Program-made: the position numbers and the translations under genes
Source of the DNA: Vicugna vicugna
Taxonomy: Eukaryota
Direction of reading: 5' to 3'
DNA length: 64,000 nucleotides
NCBI GenBank assembly: GCA_013265495.1
Contig: MU058153.1
Span: 870,001-934,000, forward strand
Part shown: positions 24,765 through 37,280 of the stretch, piece after piece
Layout of the letters: each line of letters starts with the position of its first letter
How positions within the stretch are numbered: the first letter of the stretch is position 1
Notes under the pieces: generated by a model
The model's input: only the letters and a program-made list of their open reading frames with translations
Databases searched by the model: none
Told to the model about the DNA's origin: nothing

Positions 24765-26920
24765 GTAGGTTTGTAAATGTTCTGCTGAGGAATTCCATAT
24801 CTATATTCATTGGGTATATTGGCCTGTAATTTTTTTATAGTGTCTTTGTCTGGATTTGGTGTCAGGGTAATTTTGGCCATGTAGAATGAATTTAGGAGTG
24901 TTCTGCCCTCTTCAGTTTTTGTTGTTGTTGTTGTTTTTGGTTTTTTTTTGGAATAGTTTGAGAATGATGGATATTAACCCTTCTTTATATGTCTGTTAGA
25001 ATTCCCCTGTGAATCCATCTGGCTCTGGACTTTGTTGGAAATTTTTTGATTGCTGATTCAATTTTAATACTAGTAATCAGCCTGTTCAGATTATATATTT
25101 CTTGCTGATTTAGTCTTGGAAGATTTTATGTTCCTAGGAACTTATCCATCTCTTTTAAGTTGTTCAATTTGTTGGCATAAAACTGGGCATAGTATTTTCC
25201 TATGATTGTTTGTATCTCTGTGATATTAGCTGTAATTTCTCCTCTCTCATTTTTTTTTTTTAATTTGGGTCTTCTCTCTTTTGTTCCTTAATGAGCCTGG
25301 ATAAAGGCTTATCAATTTTGTTTAGCTTTTTAAAAGAAAAACAGGTCTTGATTTTATTGATTTTTTTTCTATCTTTTGGTCTCTGTTTTATTTATTTCCT
25401 CTCTTCAAGAGAAGTAAAATACCTAGGAATAAACTTAACCAAGGATGTGAAAGACCTATACGCTGAAAACTATAAGACATTCATGAAGGAAATTGAAGAT
25501 GATACAAATAAATGGAAAGACATTACTTGTTCATGGATTGGAGGAATTAATATTGTTAAAATGTTCATGCTACCCAAAGCAATCTATAGATTTAATGCAG
25601 TCTCTATCAAGATACTCATGACATTTTTCACAGAACTGGAACAAATAATCCTAAAATTTGTATGAAACCACACAAGACTCAGGATAAGCAAAGCAATCTT
25701 GAGGAAAAACAAAACAAAACTAGAGATATCATGCCCTTGACTTTGGATTACACTACAAAACTACACACATCGAAATAATAAGGTACTGACACAAAAACAA
25801 ACACATAGATCAATGAAACAGACTAGAGAGCCTAAAAGTAACACCATATACCTATAGACAGTTAATCTGTGACAGAAGAGATAAAAATACACAACGGTCT
25901 CTTTAATAAGGGTGTTGGGGAAAATGGATAGCTAAATGTAAAAGAATGAAAGTAGAACATTTTCTCACAACATATAAAAAATAAACTTAAAATGGATAAA
26001 GACCTAAATGTAATACTGGAAACTATTAAACTCCTAGAAGAACACATAGACAGTACACACTTGGACATAAGTCATAGCAGTATATTTTTTGATCCATCTC
26101 CTCAGACCAATTAAACAGATTGGACCTAATTAAATTCAAAAGTTTTTGTGCAGTGAAGGAAACCATCAATAAAATGAAAATACAATCTACTGAATGAGAG
26201 GAGATATTTGCAAATGATATATCTAACAAGGGGTTAATACCCAACATATATAAAAAGCTCATACCACTCAATATGAAAAAAAAATTAAAATGAGCAGAAG
26301 ACCTGAATAGACATTTTTCCAAAGAAGACATAAAAAGATGCTCAACATCACTAATCATCAGGGAAATACAAATCAAAACCATAATGAGATATCACCTCAC
26401 ACATGTGAGAATGACTATCATGACAAAGACAGCAAATAATAATTTTTGGTGAGGATCTGGAGAAGAGGGAACCCTCATTCATTGTTGTGGCAATGTAAAT
26501 TTGTAGAACCACCATGAAAAACAGTATGGAGGTTTCTCAAATAATTAAGAGTAGAAGTACCATATTGTCCAGCAATTATACTCCTGAATATATATCTGAA
26601 GAAAACAATAACACTAATTCCAAAAGATACATGCAACCCAGTGTTCCTAGCAACATTATTTACACTAATCAAGGTATGGAGGCAACCTAAATGTCCATGA
26701 GCAGACAAATGGATAAAGAAGATATGTTATATTTACAGTGGAATATTACTCAGCCATAAAAAAGAATGATGTTTGCCATTGGCAGCAACATGAATGGACA
26801 TGGAGGTATTACACTTAGTGAAGTAAGTCAGAGAAAGACAAATACTGTATGCTATCACTTAAATGTGAAATCTAAAAAATAAAACAAGTGAACATAACAA
26901 AACAGAAAGAGACTCATAGA
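24765..26920 (+). mobile_element. Older L1 with inversion: antisense ORF2 piece 24765-25405, sense ORF2 3' half and start of 3'UTR 25406-26920; no poly(A)
   Basis: Track ORF 25291..25665 contains [49 protein letters not shown] (ORF2). The left part is antisense to the pre-RT/early RT region. Many stops and frameshifts. Confidence 0.9.
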
Positions 26921-28044
26921 TCCTGGGTCGTTCCCAAAGTTCTCTGGCCCAATCTCTGGGATCAAGCTGAAGAAATGGTCACACACTAAGCAGAATTTCT
27001 AGAACTTCTGCTGTTGCCCTAGAACCCCCAGCCAGTCAAGACCCCACATCATTTCCAATGATGTTTGCTAGGAAAAAAACTGCAAATGTAGGTGCCAAGC
27101 CACAGCCACTGTTTGTATCCAGAAGGGACGACCCAGAACTACTCACCTGCTGGCTCTCTGGAATCACTCTATTATCGCATCAATCACACAATAACACGAC
27201 CCTGTATCTTACATGATTGAATTACTTGGGCTAGTTTGTTATATTGAGGCAGGGTTTGCCATACTTGATATAGCTTCAGTTTAATCAGAAATGGGTCTTT
27301 AAAAAAGTGATACTGTAGTATTAACATCCTTATAATACCAATACTTCACAAAATTGATTATAAGGAGATGTTCCTCGATTGCATGCATAGCATCTTGCCT
27401 GGTATTCCAAGATATTATTTTGGAATTTTATTCCAAAAATTTGTAAATCAACCTGTAAGTTATTCCTTGTTTTTTAAAGATGTAAACTTTACCTAAATTT
27501 ATGTATTCATGCAGTTGATGCCAAGGGGATCCTATGCATAGTAGAAAAGTTTAAACAATTGATGGAAGAAAAGCAAAAAGAAAGAAAAGCCCTTTGCAGT
27601 GGGTGGCCTGACAAGCTCTGCAGCCCTGCAGCCCTTCTGCCCTAATGCTGTATAGACTGACAGCAGGAGGGTTTGCTAGTTTCTCCCCTGTGTTATTAGA
27701 TTTCCTTGTAATTAATGTCTAGCTATTTGGCGGTAGATCTATGATTTTTCCTTAGATGAATTCCTAAGACTCTTGATCACGTTGAAGTTAAGAATTACGT
27801 AAGGTACAGTGGCATACAGCTTTTCTCTGTAACATGATTAAATAAGACAGAAAATATGAGAAAGTTTGTTTAAAAGTATTAAGACTGTATTTTATCCTCA
27901 GTTAGGCTCGATTGTTACTTTAGAGCAAGGAAGAATGGTATTGAAAGGACCAAGAATGCCCAAAAGTTGTTGCCTGCAACTGAACCTTTTGGAAGTTTCC
28001 CGCTGTTTATGCCAGACTGGTTGGGGAATCCTTGCTGGTTCACT

Positions 28045-28350
28045 CATTGGTTCATTTTTATCTACAGGACATCAGTTCAGTATTCAGTGTATCCAGTAGC
28101 ATGAGCAGAATGTTGAAAGCCTGAAGATAGATGTGTCAGCCATTGGGATACCTTTCCGAAATGTAAAGTCTAGTGAGGAAAACAGGTGTATGAAATTACA
28201 CACAGCTTCGCATCTTCATTAAGGTGACAAGGCAAATTATAATGCCATACATTCAGAGGTCCAGAGAAGGTGAGGATCATTACTATGAGTTAGAGGAGTC
28301 AAGGAGGCCTTTCTTAAAGAGATGTGGTTCATGTTTGGAACTGAAGAGTA
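28045..28350 (-). mobile_element. L2 fragment
   Basis: TCACTCATTGGTTCATT start; AGTCTAGTGAGGAAAACAG; GTCAAGGAGGCCTTTCTTAAAGAGATG. Confidence 0.55.
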
Positions 28351-29429
28351 GGTGGTACCTCCCTTTCCCACTGCTCATCCTGTAAAAGTCAGGAAAAGGG
28401 AAAATCTTGGTAATAAATTGTGGAACTATTACTATGCAGACCAAATAATTTGCTTTTCCAAACTTCCCTTACTTGTCTTTCATAAGAGCTTATAATTTCT
28501 AAATAGGATCCCTCTCTGGAGAGCTTTTTAATGAACTGTGTTATGAAAGTAGGATACTGTCTCAAATCTGAAAAAAAAAGTCATTATACTTTAAAGGAGA
28601 AACATTGTAGAAAAAATGTTATTTTATGAAGCCCTCCTTATTAGTACCTTTGCATGCTTATTAGCACCGTTTTATTCAGAGGGCTGTATTTACCCTGTTT
28701 TTAAGTAGTTGATTTTGCAACTGTGTAGGAGTAAAAGTGTCTGAATTATACAGACAAAAACATGCGTGCCTCATGCACGTGTATGTGGGTGCCCATGTGT
28801 TTGTGGTCAGAGGTAGAAAGTAAGAAGTCTATGCCAGGGACAGAAGGAGTCATGCAGAGCTGCCTTGAGTAAACTATTGACTTGCAAGTACAGGAAGAAA
28901 TTTAACGACTTGTTGTGATGTGCTTCTGTGGGAAGAACAGCATCCCCAGCGCTTAGGATCATGGACAAGGGAGGTCCCTCTTGAAGCTTCTTGGACCTCT
29001 GTCCATCTGTTCTGCTTCTCCCTGACCATAGATGCACCTGGTGGGCTTCCTGTTAAGCCAGTCTCAATGAAGTATTTACATAATTCACATTTGCATTGCT
29101 GAAGGGGTACCCCTCAAATACAACAATGTATAATTCTAGAAAAAGAGAAAACACCATGATTAAAAGGGCGAGAGAGCTCAGAGAAAGCATACGCATGGCC
29201 AAAAGAGGAAAAGTATTAGAACTTCTAAGTCAACATCAATTTCAGAGTAAAGAATTACATGGAATGAAAAGGGGGGAAGGAAAACTAAGTGTCAAAACCA
29301 GTCTCCAAAGCTAGTCTGCATGCTTCCCAAGTCTCCAAAATAAACCCTGACGGTGTTGTCTCTGCGGAGGAGTCTTGTAGTCTCAAGAGACTGGCTATTG
29401 GAGTCACAAAGGCTTGGATACCATCCCTC

Positions 29430-29860
29430 TTCTTTGACTTCCTAGCTGTTCTATCTGTGTATGTTTCTCTGTCACTTGGATTGCTAATTTCACCATTCTT
29501 AACCATCAGAATAGTAATGTCTACCTGATAATAGCTTTGAAAGGATGAAGAGAAAACCATGTAAGATTTGGGCATTATTTGCATCCCACATATGCATTAA
29601 ATGAACAGTAGCTAACTTTTCTAAGCAAGCCATGATAAACAAATAATAATAATCTAACACTGCATGTACGAACTTATTGAACCCTTAGACCAAATCTTGA
29701 AATAATTACTTTTATGTCCATTTCACAGATTAGAAAACTGAGGCATAGAGACATTAAATATCTTTCCCAGGGCTGTAAAGCCAGGAAGTAACTGGACCAG
29801 AAGGAAACCTGAGGCAGTCCTCCTGCAGAGACTAAGCTCCCAGACCCCGTGCTCTACTCG
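29430..29860. mobile_element. Two oppositely oriented MIRs (+ ~29430-29640, - ~29650-29860)
   Basis: AATAGTAATGTCTACCTGATAATAG; CATTTCACAGATTAGAAAACTGAGGCATAGAG. Confidence 0.6.
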
Positions 29861-30789
29861 TTAAAGATTGACTATCAATAGTGTTGTCATTACTACTTCC
29901 GTCTTCTTGTCCTACTGGGATATTGTCACTTCTGATTGTCTTCTTAATTTTATATTTAAAACACCCCTTAACTGAGCACTCTCTTTTAGGATTAGTATCC
30001 TTTAGTGATCACTTGTTTGTAAAGGATTGTTTTATGGTAGGACTTGCTGCACACAGTTGTGGATATTGTCCAAATTCTCCAGAGATAAGATATAAGTTAA
30101 AATATTTAAATGTCAGCATATTAATTTTTCTGTAACTCTAGGCAGCAAAATGGATATATGTACAATTTATGTACATAATAAAATCTGTGTAAACACATGC
30201 TGTGACCTACTTTCCTCCAAGCCCGCCTTGTTTTTTATATCTATACTACCTTTTTGCATCAGGAAAAAAAATCTTTTCTGTTTTTTCCCTCTCCCGTAGT
30301 TTCCTCCTCCCTGTCAGACTGAACTAACAAGCACAGCAGAATGCAGCTCACGTCACCCAATGTGTGTTTCAGTATTGAACCCAGTGGTCTCATCCTAGAC
30401 AATATATCTTGACGTAGAATCCATCTCTTCATCTGGGAAGAGTTTTGGAAAACAAGCCTTCTTTCTGTTTGGTAGCTTTTTATTTGAGAGCTCAGCAGAA
30501 ATAACACAAAACAATTCACTGTCAAAGTTTCGAGAAAATCAATACACAGCTTACCTCCCTGTCTCTACCCTCCAGATTTTATTATATATTACAATGGACT
30601 TATTTCAATAAGAACAGTGCTGCATTATTTCCATTACTTTCTCTATGTTGCAGCTAATATTTCACCTTAGTGGAAGGATATTAGATACTAGGGGCTTATC
30701 TGGGCTCTTCCTGAACTGATTCATCCGTTTATTCATCCAAAATATTGCACAGCTTTGACAAAGAATGTGAGAGTTCTCTATGTTCAGAC

Positions 30790-31100
30790 ATGAAAAGATG
30801 CTTAAGATATATTAAGTTAAAAAAAGCGAATTGCAAAACAATATGTTTATCAGGATCTGATAATTTTGTCTTTTCCAAAAAATAAAATCAAAATGATTCC
30901 ATGTGTATGTATGTCTACAGAAAAACTCTGGAAAAGTATTTTCCAGAATGTCAGCATCAGTCACCTACCTCTGAGAAATAAATTTACTTGGGTAAGAGGG
31001 CAGTGAGGGACAAGATGAAACATTCTTTTTTACTTACACACTTTTGTTGGGTTTTATAAAGATTTTTTGTATTGTTTAGTTTTGTACTGCATAGTATTAC
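30790..31100 (+). mobile_element. Old L1ME-type 3'UTR fragment
   Basis: CATGAAAAGATGCTTAAGATATATTAAGTTAAAAAAAGC...CAAAACAATATG. Confidence 0.55.
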
Positions 31101-31667
31101 TACAGTAATTAGAAATATACAATTTATATCCTATCAGTTATTACAGAATTCCACGTGTATGCAAAGACCAATGGGGAAGTTCTGAATTTGGTGATATTAT
31201 AATCTAACAGATGGGAAAACACAAGTGAAAACCATCATTACAATACAAAGAGACAAAATTAATCAGTCGCATAAGAGAAGTGCACGTATATTTGAGATTA
31301 GGAGAAAATTAACATCTCATTGTGCATATCAAGGACATAGATAAGTGGCATCTGATTGAGAAGGAAAGGGTTTTAGCAGGTCAGGCTGAGGTGTTCAACT
31401 GGAAGGGATATCTGTCTTTTCTCCTTTCTCTTGCGAGTGACAAGAATATGGTAGACACTGAATAAATGAGGATGTAGGAAAGAGAAAAGAAGGAAAGGAG
31501 ATGTGATGTGTAATGGAGCAATCCCCTGGTCATGGACATTTAGAGCTGGAGGAGTATAGAGATTATCTTGTTTCATGCTTGAATGCTCTTCAGAAGCAAC
31601 ATGGTGCCCCATTGCGGGTAGGACCTCAGCATATAATTTTCTTTTCTTCCCTTCAGTCAAGAAATTT

Positions 31668-32063
31668 CACCTTTTCAGTTAAAAGATTCACTTTACAGCT
31701 TCTCTTTGGCAAATCCAAGTTGTCAGCATCACTACTCTTGTGCCCCAGGGCCATTCTTAAGTAAAATAAGAGTTACTGAAACACAAGCACTGTGGTACCC
31801 CGACGGTCGATCTGATAACTGAGAAGGTTACTAAGTGACCATCGGGGAGGATGCACTGAACAAAAGGATGATTCCCATCCCAGGCAGGACAGGCTGGACT
31901 ATGTGAGATTTCATCAAGCTACTCAGGATGGCGTGTAACTTAAAACCTATGAATTGTTTATTTCTGTAATTTTCACTTGATATTTTTTGGACTGTGATTG
32001 ACTTTGGGTAACTGAAACAGCAACATCAAAACCAGTGTATAAGGCAGGGGAGGGGCTACTGTA
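31668..32063 (+). mobile_element. Tigger2a/MER28-like TcMar DNA transposon fragment
   Basis: CAGCATCACTACTCTTG...GTCGATCTGATAACTGAG...TATGAATTGTTTATTTCTG...GGGGCTACTG followed by TA. Confidence 0.82.
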
Positions 32064-33359
32064 TACCACGGTCCCTTCCTTTCTTGAAGACATTGGATTT
32101 CTGGATGCCACCACTGATTTGCTTTTAACAGCAAAGATCTATCTTGAAAGGATTTCTAAAAGAATTTATATGTATCCTTATGCCTGTGACTGGTACCCAT
32201 TTCATGAGTTTTTAAATTGTGGTCATAGGAACTCCAGGGCATACTGTGTATTAAGGGGTAAGATTGTGTTCAACTGCTTATAATTTGTGTGGGTTTATAC
32301 AGTCTATTTAAAGGTTATTTTGCTTTACTTCCTGTGGTAAATTAGCCAGAATAAATTGGTATCAAATTAGAAAAAATAGCTACTTCACTGGCTGATCTGG
32401 TAGAGGATGGCCGGTGGCAGAGAGAGATGGCCAAGCTGAATGCCACTGAGGAGAGCAGAGTTCTTACAACAGGCAGAACGAGCCTCAGTGCACAGCCCAA
32501 CGTGCACAGTGGCACTGAGGACGTACACGCGGAGATGAATAGGAAAGATGCCGGAGTCTGTATTTTAAAACGTGGCCATCTCTTTTTATTGACAAGCATT
32601 TGTCCAAAGTGAAGCGTTGTTGAATGTTAATATATGGGCCAAGATTACCAAGAACAAAATAACAGTTTTGACTTATGCTTCAAAACTCTCTAAAAAGGTA
32701 TTTTCTGGAGCATAATTTCAGGGGAAAGAAAGGATCGAGTGATTGGATCAAACAAATCAGATGTTTGCAGTATCATCCAAGGACTGAGAGCCAGCTGCTT
32801 TGGAAGTCTTCCCCTGCACTGTCTAGCTTCCCGGAGGTGCAGGGGAAGGGCAGCCACCTCCGGAACCCATGTCCCTCCCCTAGCAGAGAGCTTTTGGGAG
32901 ACAGAGGTCCTAGATAAATTGTCCAGCATAAGCTTCTGTTCACAGGATCAGCAAACTTCAGCACTTCAGCCCATGGGTTTCTTAATGCCAGAGGCAGTGT
33001 GTTTGCCTCCTTTCCAGTGGAGCTGGGGAAATAGTGGATCTGTGTTTTGCAAGTCTTGCAGCTGTATAGGTTTCTGTATTGAAGGCAAACTCCCTCAACA
33101 GGGAAGGTCAATACAATTATTCTTGAAAATAAAAATCTCACAACTGATAGATGCAGACGAAATTTCTTCTTCTCAAAGGATATGGTCCAAATGTATTGCT
33201 GAGACATCTGTGAATACTAAATAATTCTAAGTGTCTTTTTTAATACAAATATTAATCACGAAGGCTTAAACTCTTCCCCAGCTAGTAATATGATACTCCC
33301 TTTGTTTACTGATAGAATTATCCTCTGATAATCTGTTGATTTTGAAAATGATTCTTTAC

Positions 33360-33560
33360 AACTCATCCAAGGGAAACCAATATTTGTGAAGTAGCTAAGA
33401 GGTGTTAGACATAATGTTCAGTGTTTACGTTTAGTACCGAAGGCAATCTAAAATAGTGCAATTTCAGCAAAGAAAGCTGAAGCTTAGGGAAGTCAAGTGT
33501 TTTGCCTAATACAGTATGTCAGAACCCGGAGTAAAATCAGGTCACTCTTTTCTCTGGAAG
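33360..33560 (-). mobile_element. Degenerate MIR SINE
   Basis: AAGCTGAAGCTTAGGGAAGTCAAGTGTTTTGCCTAA. Confidence 0.5.
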
Positions 33561-34074
33561 TCGAGATGGGGAAGACGGAGGGCTAAGTGCATCAGGACCT
33601 TGTGCCTAATCTCTGTAGACCTAACATAATAGGTCCAGCTTTTCATAGGTTTTGATTATATGTATCAAGACTGCGCTCTGTTGGGAGTGAAGGGTATTTC
33701 TCACTAGAATGAAGAGAACAATGGATGTGAACATGTTAAAGATCTCTCCATATGGGGAGATAGTTTTGGAAACAACTGCCTTCATCACTTTTATAAACGG
33801 TTCCCCACCCGCTTGCACCACCCCGCCCCTCTACCAACTGAAGTCCGTTCCAAATGGTGGAACCCAGCTTATATGAATCTGTGTAATGTCTGTTAAAAAC
33901 TGAATAAAATCTCTCAGAGCCAACAAGGAAGCTTTGTTTAAATGGTCCCTAACTCAGCTTTAAAGCCTTCTAGTAATGCAAGGATACCCAACCATAGCCA
34001 ACAAGCGAGTTCTTAGAATTGCATTTTCTTTGGCAGGAAGGTTTTTTTTTTTTTTTTTTTAAGTGCTGGAATGG

Positions 34075-34690
34075 AGTGTAATGGAGAATCATGGTTAGGA
34101 ATATGGGGTTTGAAGTCAGGCAACTGAGAATTGTAACCCAGTAGAGTCATTTGTGTGACTGTGAGTCACTTACTTAAACTCTTCAAGCATCAATATGCTC
34201 CTCTAAACTCAGGGAGAGAAAACTGCCTGCCTGCAGAGACTCTGTGAGCAGCACACCGAGCACAGCACCCAGCACTCAGTCACTGAGCATTTCCTGCCTC
34301 CAAGGAGTAAGCTACGTCTGACTTACACGTCACCTGATAGGAAACAGCTCCGTGAGGTGGAGGTGATTTTGTTACCAGTTTATATTTAAGAAAACTGAAG
34401 CTTACAGAAGTTTACATAAAATATGACTAAAGTCACACATATTTAGGCCATAATATGAATGTAGGTTTGCATCTACTTTCAACACCTGAGCTCCTAAGTG
34501 TGTTCTTATTCGTTTTACACCTGAGATCCTCCTGTCACCGTGAAGTACATTAAGTGTGTCTTTGCCAATATAGGAAATTAGTCATAGAGACTCTGGGGCG
34601 TGAAATGACTTGCTCATGGTCACGTGGTTGGTAAGTGGTGGAGCTGGTATGGGGACCCAGGTCTGTGTGATACTATTTTGTCTTTACTAC
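34075..34690. mobile_element. Cluster of three MIR fragments (+ ~34075-34290, - ~34320-34500, - ~34540-34690)
   Basis: TTTGAAGTCAGGCAACTGAG; AAGAAAACTGAAGCTTACAGAAG; TGACTTGCTCATGGTCACGTGGTTGGTAAGTGGTGGAGCTGG. Confidence 0.65.
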
Positions 34691-35062
34691 TGGTAGCTCC
34701 CTCTCCTTTACTTCATTGAATTCTCCATCTGAATACGTTCTGTCCTTCAGGTTTCTTTCTGCAATGCAGACCCCACACTGTCTGTGCCCAGCATGAATCC
34801 CTCACTGATTCCACATCGCCTACATCTTTGTAGAACCTGCCTGGCTCTCCCTGATTGGAATCCTGCCTCCCTCTGTCATTTCACCTCTTGGTGCACTACC
34901 AACGCCTTTGGATACATCCTCCAGTGTAATGCACTACTTGGACTCCCCCGTGCTTGCCATGTTGTTTTCTGTCTTTCTGCATTGGTTCATACCTGAATGC
35001 ACTTACCCGTCTTGTCTACCCTGTGACTTCCTGTTCATCTTCCAGCACCGTCTCTGAAGTCC

Positions 35063-35534
35063 TAGTGCACAAGTAAAACTAGCTGCTCAAAGGTGGCAGC
35101 TGTCAAAGCATGCCACCTGGCCTGCTGCTGGGAACACGACTGATTGGCAGCCCACGCTGCTGCTTCCTGTGTCCACCAGGGCTCTTGCTGCTGGGCTGTG
35201 CTTCCCTCGCTCTGCTCCCAGCCAATGAATGCTGCTGGCTTGGGCCCATTCATAAGAAACACAGGACTCCTCAAATGGGGAACTGCAGCTCAAGGACTTC
35301 CCACTGGCCTAGCCACACCTCTCTTTAAAATGCACTGCAGTTCTGGAATCTCTCCAGCCCAGCTTCTTTCCTTCCATTCTCCTTCACACCCATCAGACTT
35401 CTGCTGTAGTCTGAAAGCTCGCCATTCTTTCTCTTGATCATTCCCACGTTATGCTTCACAGGCATTCCCAGTCCATTTCTGATGTTTTTATTCCCATCTT
35501 AGTGTCTGCCTCTTGGTGGACCTGAACAAATATA
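35063..35534 (+). mobile_element. ERVL solo LTR (LTR16-like) within L2-derived sequence
   Basis: TGCTCCCAGCCAATG...GCTCAAGGACTTCCCACTGGCCTAGCC...TGTCTGCCTCTTGGTGGACCTGAAC. Confidence 0.7.
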
Positions 35535-36509
35535 GCCTAAAGGGTGTCTTTCTCTACCCTGTACACATACCGTCACAAATAAAATATCACATGTACTGTT
35601 TCACTTTTCTCTTGCTCCTAGTTAGATTATGAGGCCAGTCAAATTAGGGAAACATTGTATTACTTCTTTTATTTTTAGTCCTTCGCATGCTGCTTGGTAC
35701 TTAGGACTTAATGAGCAGCTGGATAAATGAATGCTAAAGTTACGATGTTACTTCACATGAGTTTATTTAAGTCCAGACAAGCAGAACACTGTGTTTACTT
35801 CTCAGCCAACACTGTTAGTTAGTGTGAAGTTACCTGGACATCAGTCTAGGGTCACAGATGCTAGGTTTGTGTTTCAGAGTACTGCCATTTAGCTTCCAAA
35901 GGCCCAAAATATTTTCCTGAATTCAAATGAGTTTTTATGCTTATGAACTTAATTTAACTAAAGTTGAAATCTTGAAGTCTCACTGAATATCTCTCATCAC
36001 TAAATGAAGCAGCCTTGATTAATCACTCTGAGCATTTCAAAATATTCTGTCAGTTAGCCTATATTTAACATAAGCATGTGTAAAATCTATATGAGAACAC
36101 TCATTAGTAGGAAAGTGTATTCTTAGAGAGCTACAAATTCAGACAGTAATTCTTCTTAATATTTCAAGTGAGGAGTAGGATATAGAACATTTCTATTCAT
36201 TACTGGTGTATCCATTACAAACCTGTTCTGATCCATACAAATCAGAATGTATTAGAACTTATTATTACTACTTCTTTGTTGTTGAGTTATTTATGGTAGA
36301 AACAAAGACTGATTATATAGTCCATTTATAATTAAATTTGCTCTTCGCACAAAATTACACTGGTTTGACCACAACTGAAATTCTATGTCATTGCTTGACC
36401 CCAGACACTTTCTTACTTTGTTTCAGTCCATTTTACATACTTGGGATCTCTTTTAGAATTTTTTTATATATGATCTTCTAAATATATTTTGGGGTTTTGT
36501 ACTGTAGGT

Positions 36510-37280
36510 AATGATAATAAATATCATTTACTGAGTGTCTATTATGTGAAAGAAAAATTAAGTCTTAAATGCTATTTTCCCCATTTCCCAAATGAGAGAC
36601 TAGGAATCAGAGAAGTAAAATAACTTGGGGGTGATTGTATAACTAGTAACTGGGTCATCAGTGACTTGAACTCAGATCTGCCTAATTGGCAGACTGTCTA
36701 GTCGTAGTTCAGCTGTCTAAAGTTTTGACTATGAAATTTGAATATTAATCTACTAAATCATAGAACTTTAATCTATGGAAGAAAGGAAGGAAGGAAACTG
36801 AATGTATATTTTAAAAACATGTCAAAAGGAGACTGTGAAAGATGTAGAGGATGGTAGAGAAAACCAGCAAAAGGGAGGTGTGGAAGCTAGTCACTGACAA
36901 AGTCCAAGCAGGAAGTGGTAAAAGTCTGATTTGTCATCAAGGATATGGGCAGGAGAACCTAAGACTGGAGAAACATTTCTAAACCCAGTGAGTCAGCAAT
37001 GTATGAACTGTGGACTTCTTGGTCAGATCGCCAAGTCACCATGTATCTGTTTCCTCTCCTGTAAAACCGAGATAATAAAATCTATTTCAGTGTTACCAGG
37101 AGCTTCAAATAATGGCATATTTCCATATACTTGTATGTTACATTGTGTGAGTCTAAGCACTTTGATGGACACTTTATTTATACTAGGAATTCACTCCTCA
37201 CAACAACTCCAGTAGCTCAGTACTGTAATTCCAGTTTTACAGATGAGGAAAGTGAGACACAGTGAAGTGAAGCAAAAAAG
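36510..37280. mobile_element. MIR fragments (- ~36510-36690, + ~36950-37080, - ~37100-37280)
   Basis: TGTTTCCTCTCCTGTAAAACCGAGATAATAA; TTTTACAGATGAGGAAAGTGAGACACAG. Confidence 0.62.

Noticed and set aside
25291..25665. 124-aa ORF as a gene
   Set aside because: Spans the inversion junction of a decayed L1; only a short ORF2 remnant.
27418..27438. 9-bp AT-rich inverted repeat (similar ones near 16650 and 30930)
   Set aside because: Several are expected by chance in 64 kb of AT-rich DNA.
32675..33224. Overlapping 161-aa and 144-aa ORFs
   Set aside because: Non-ATG starts in the track, no recognisable domain, no convincing exon structure.
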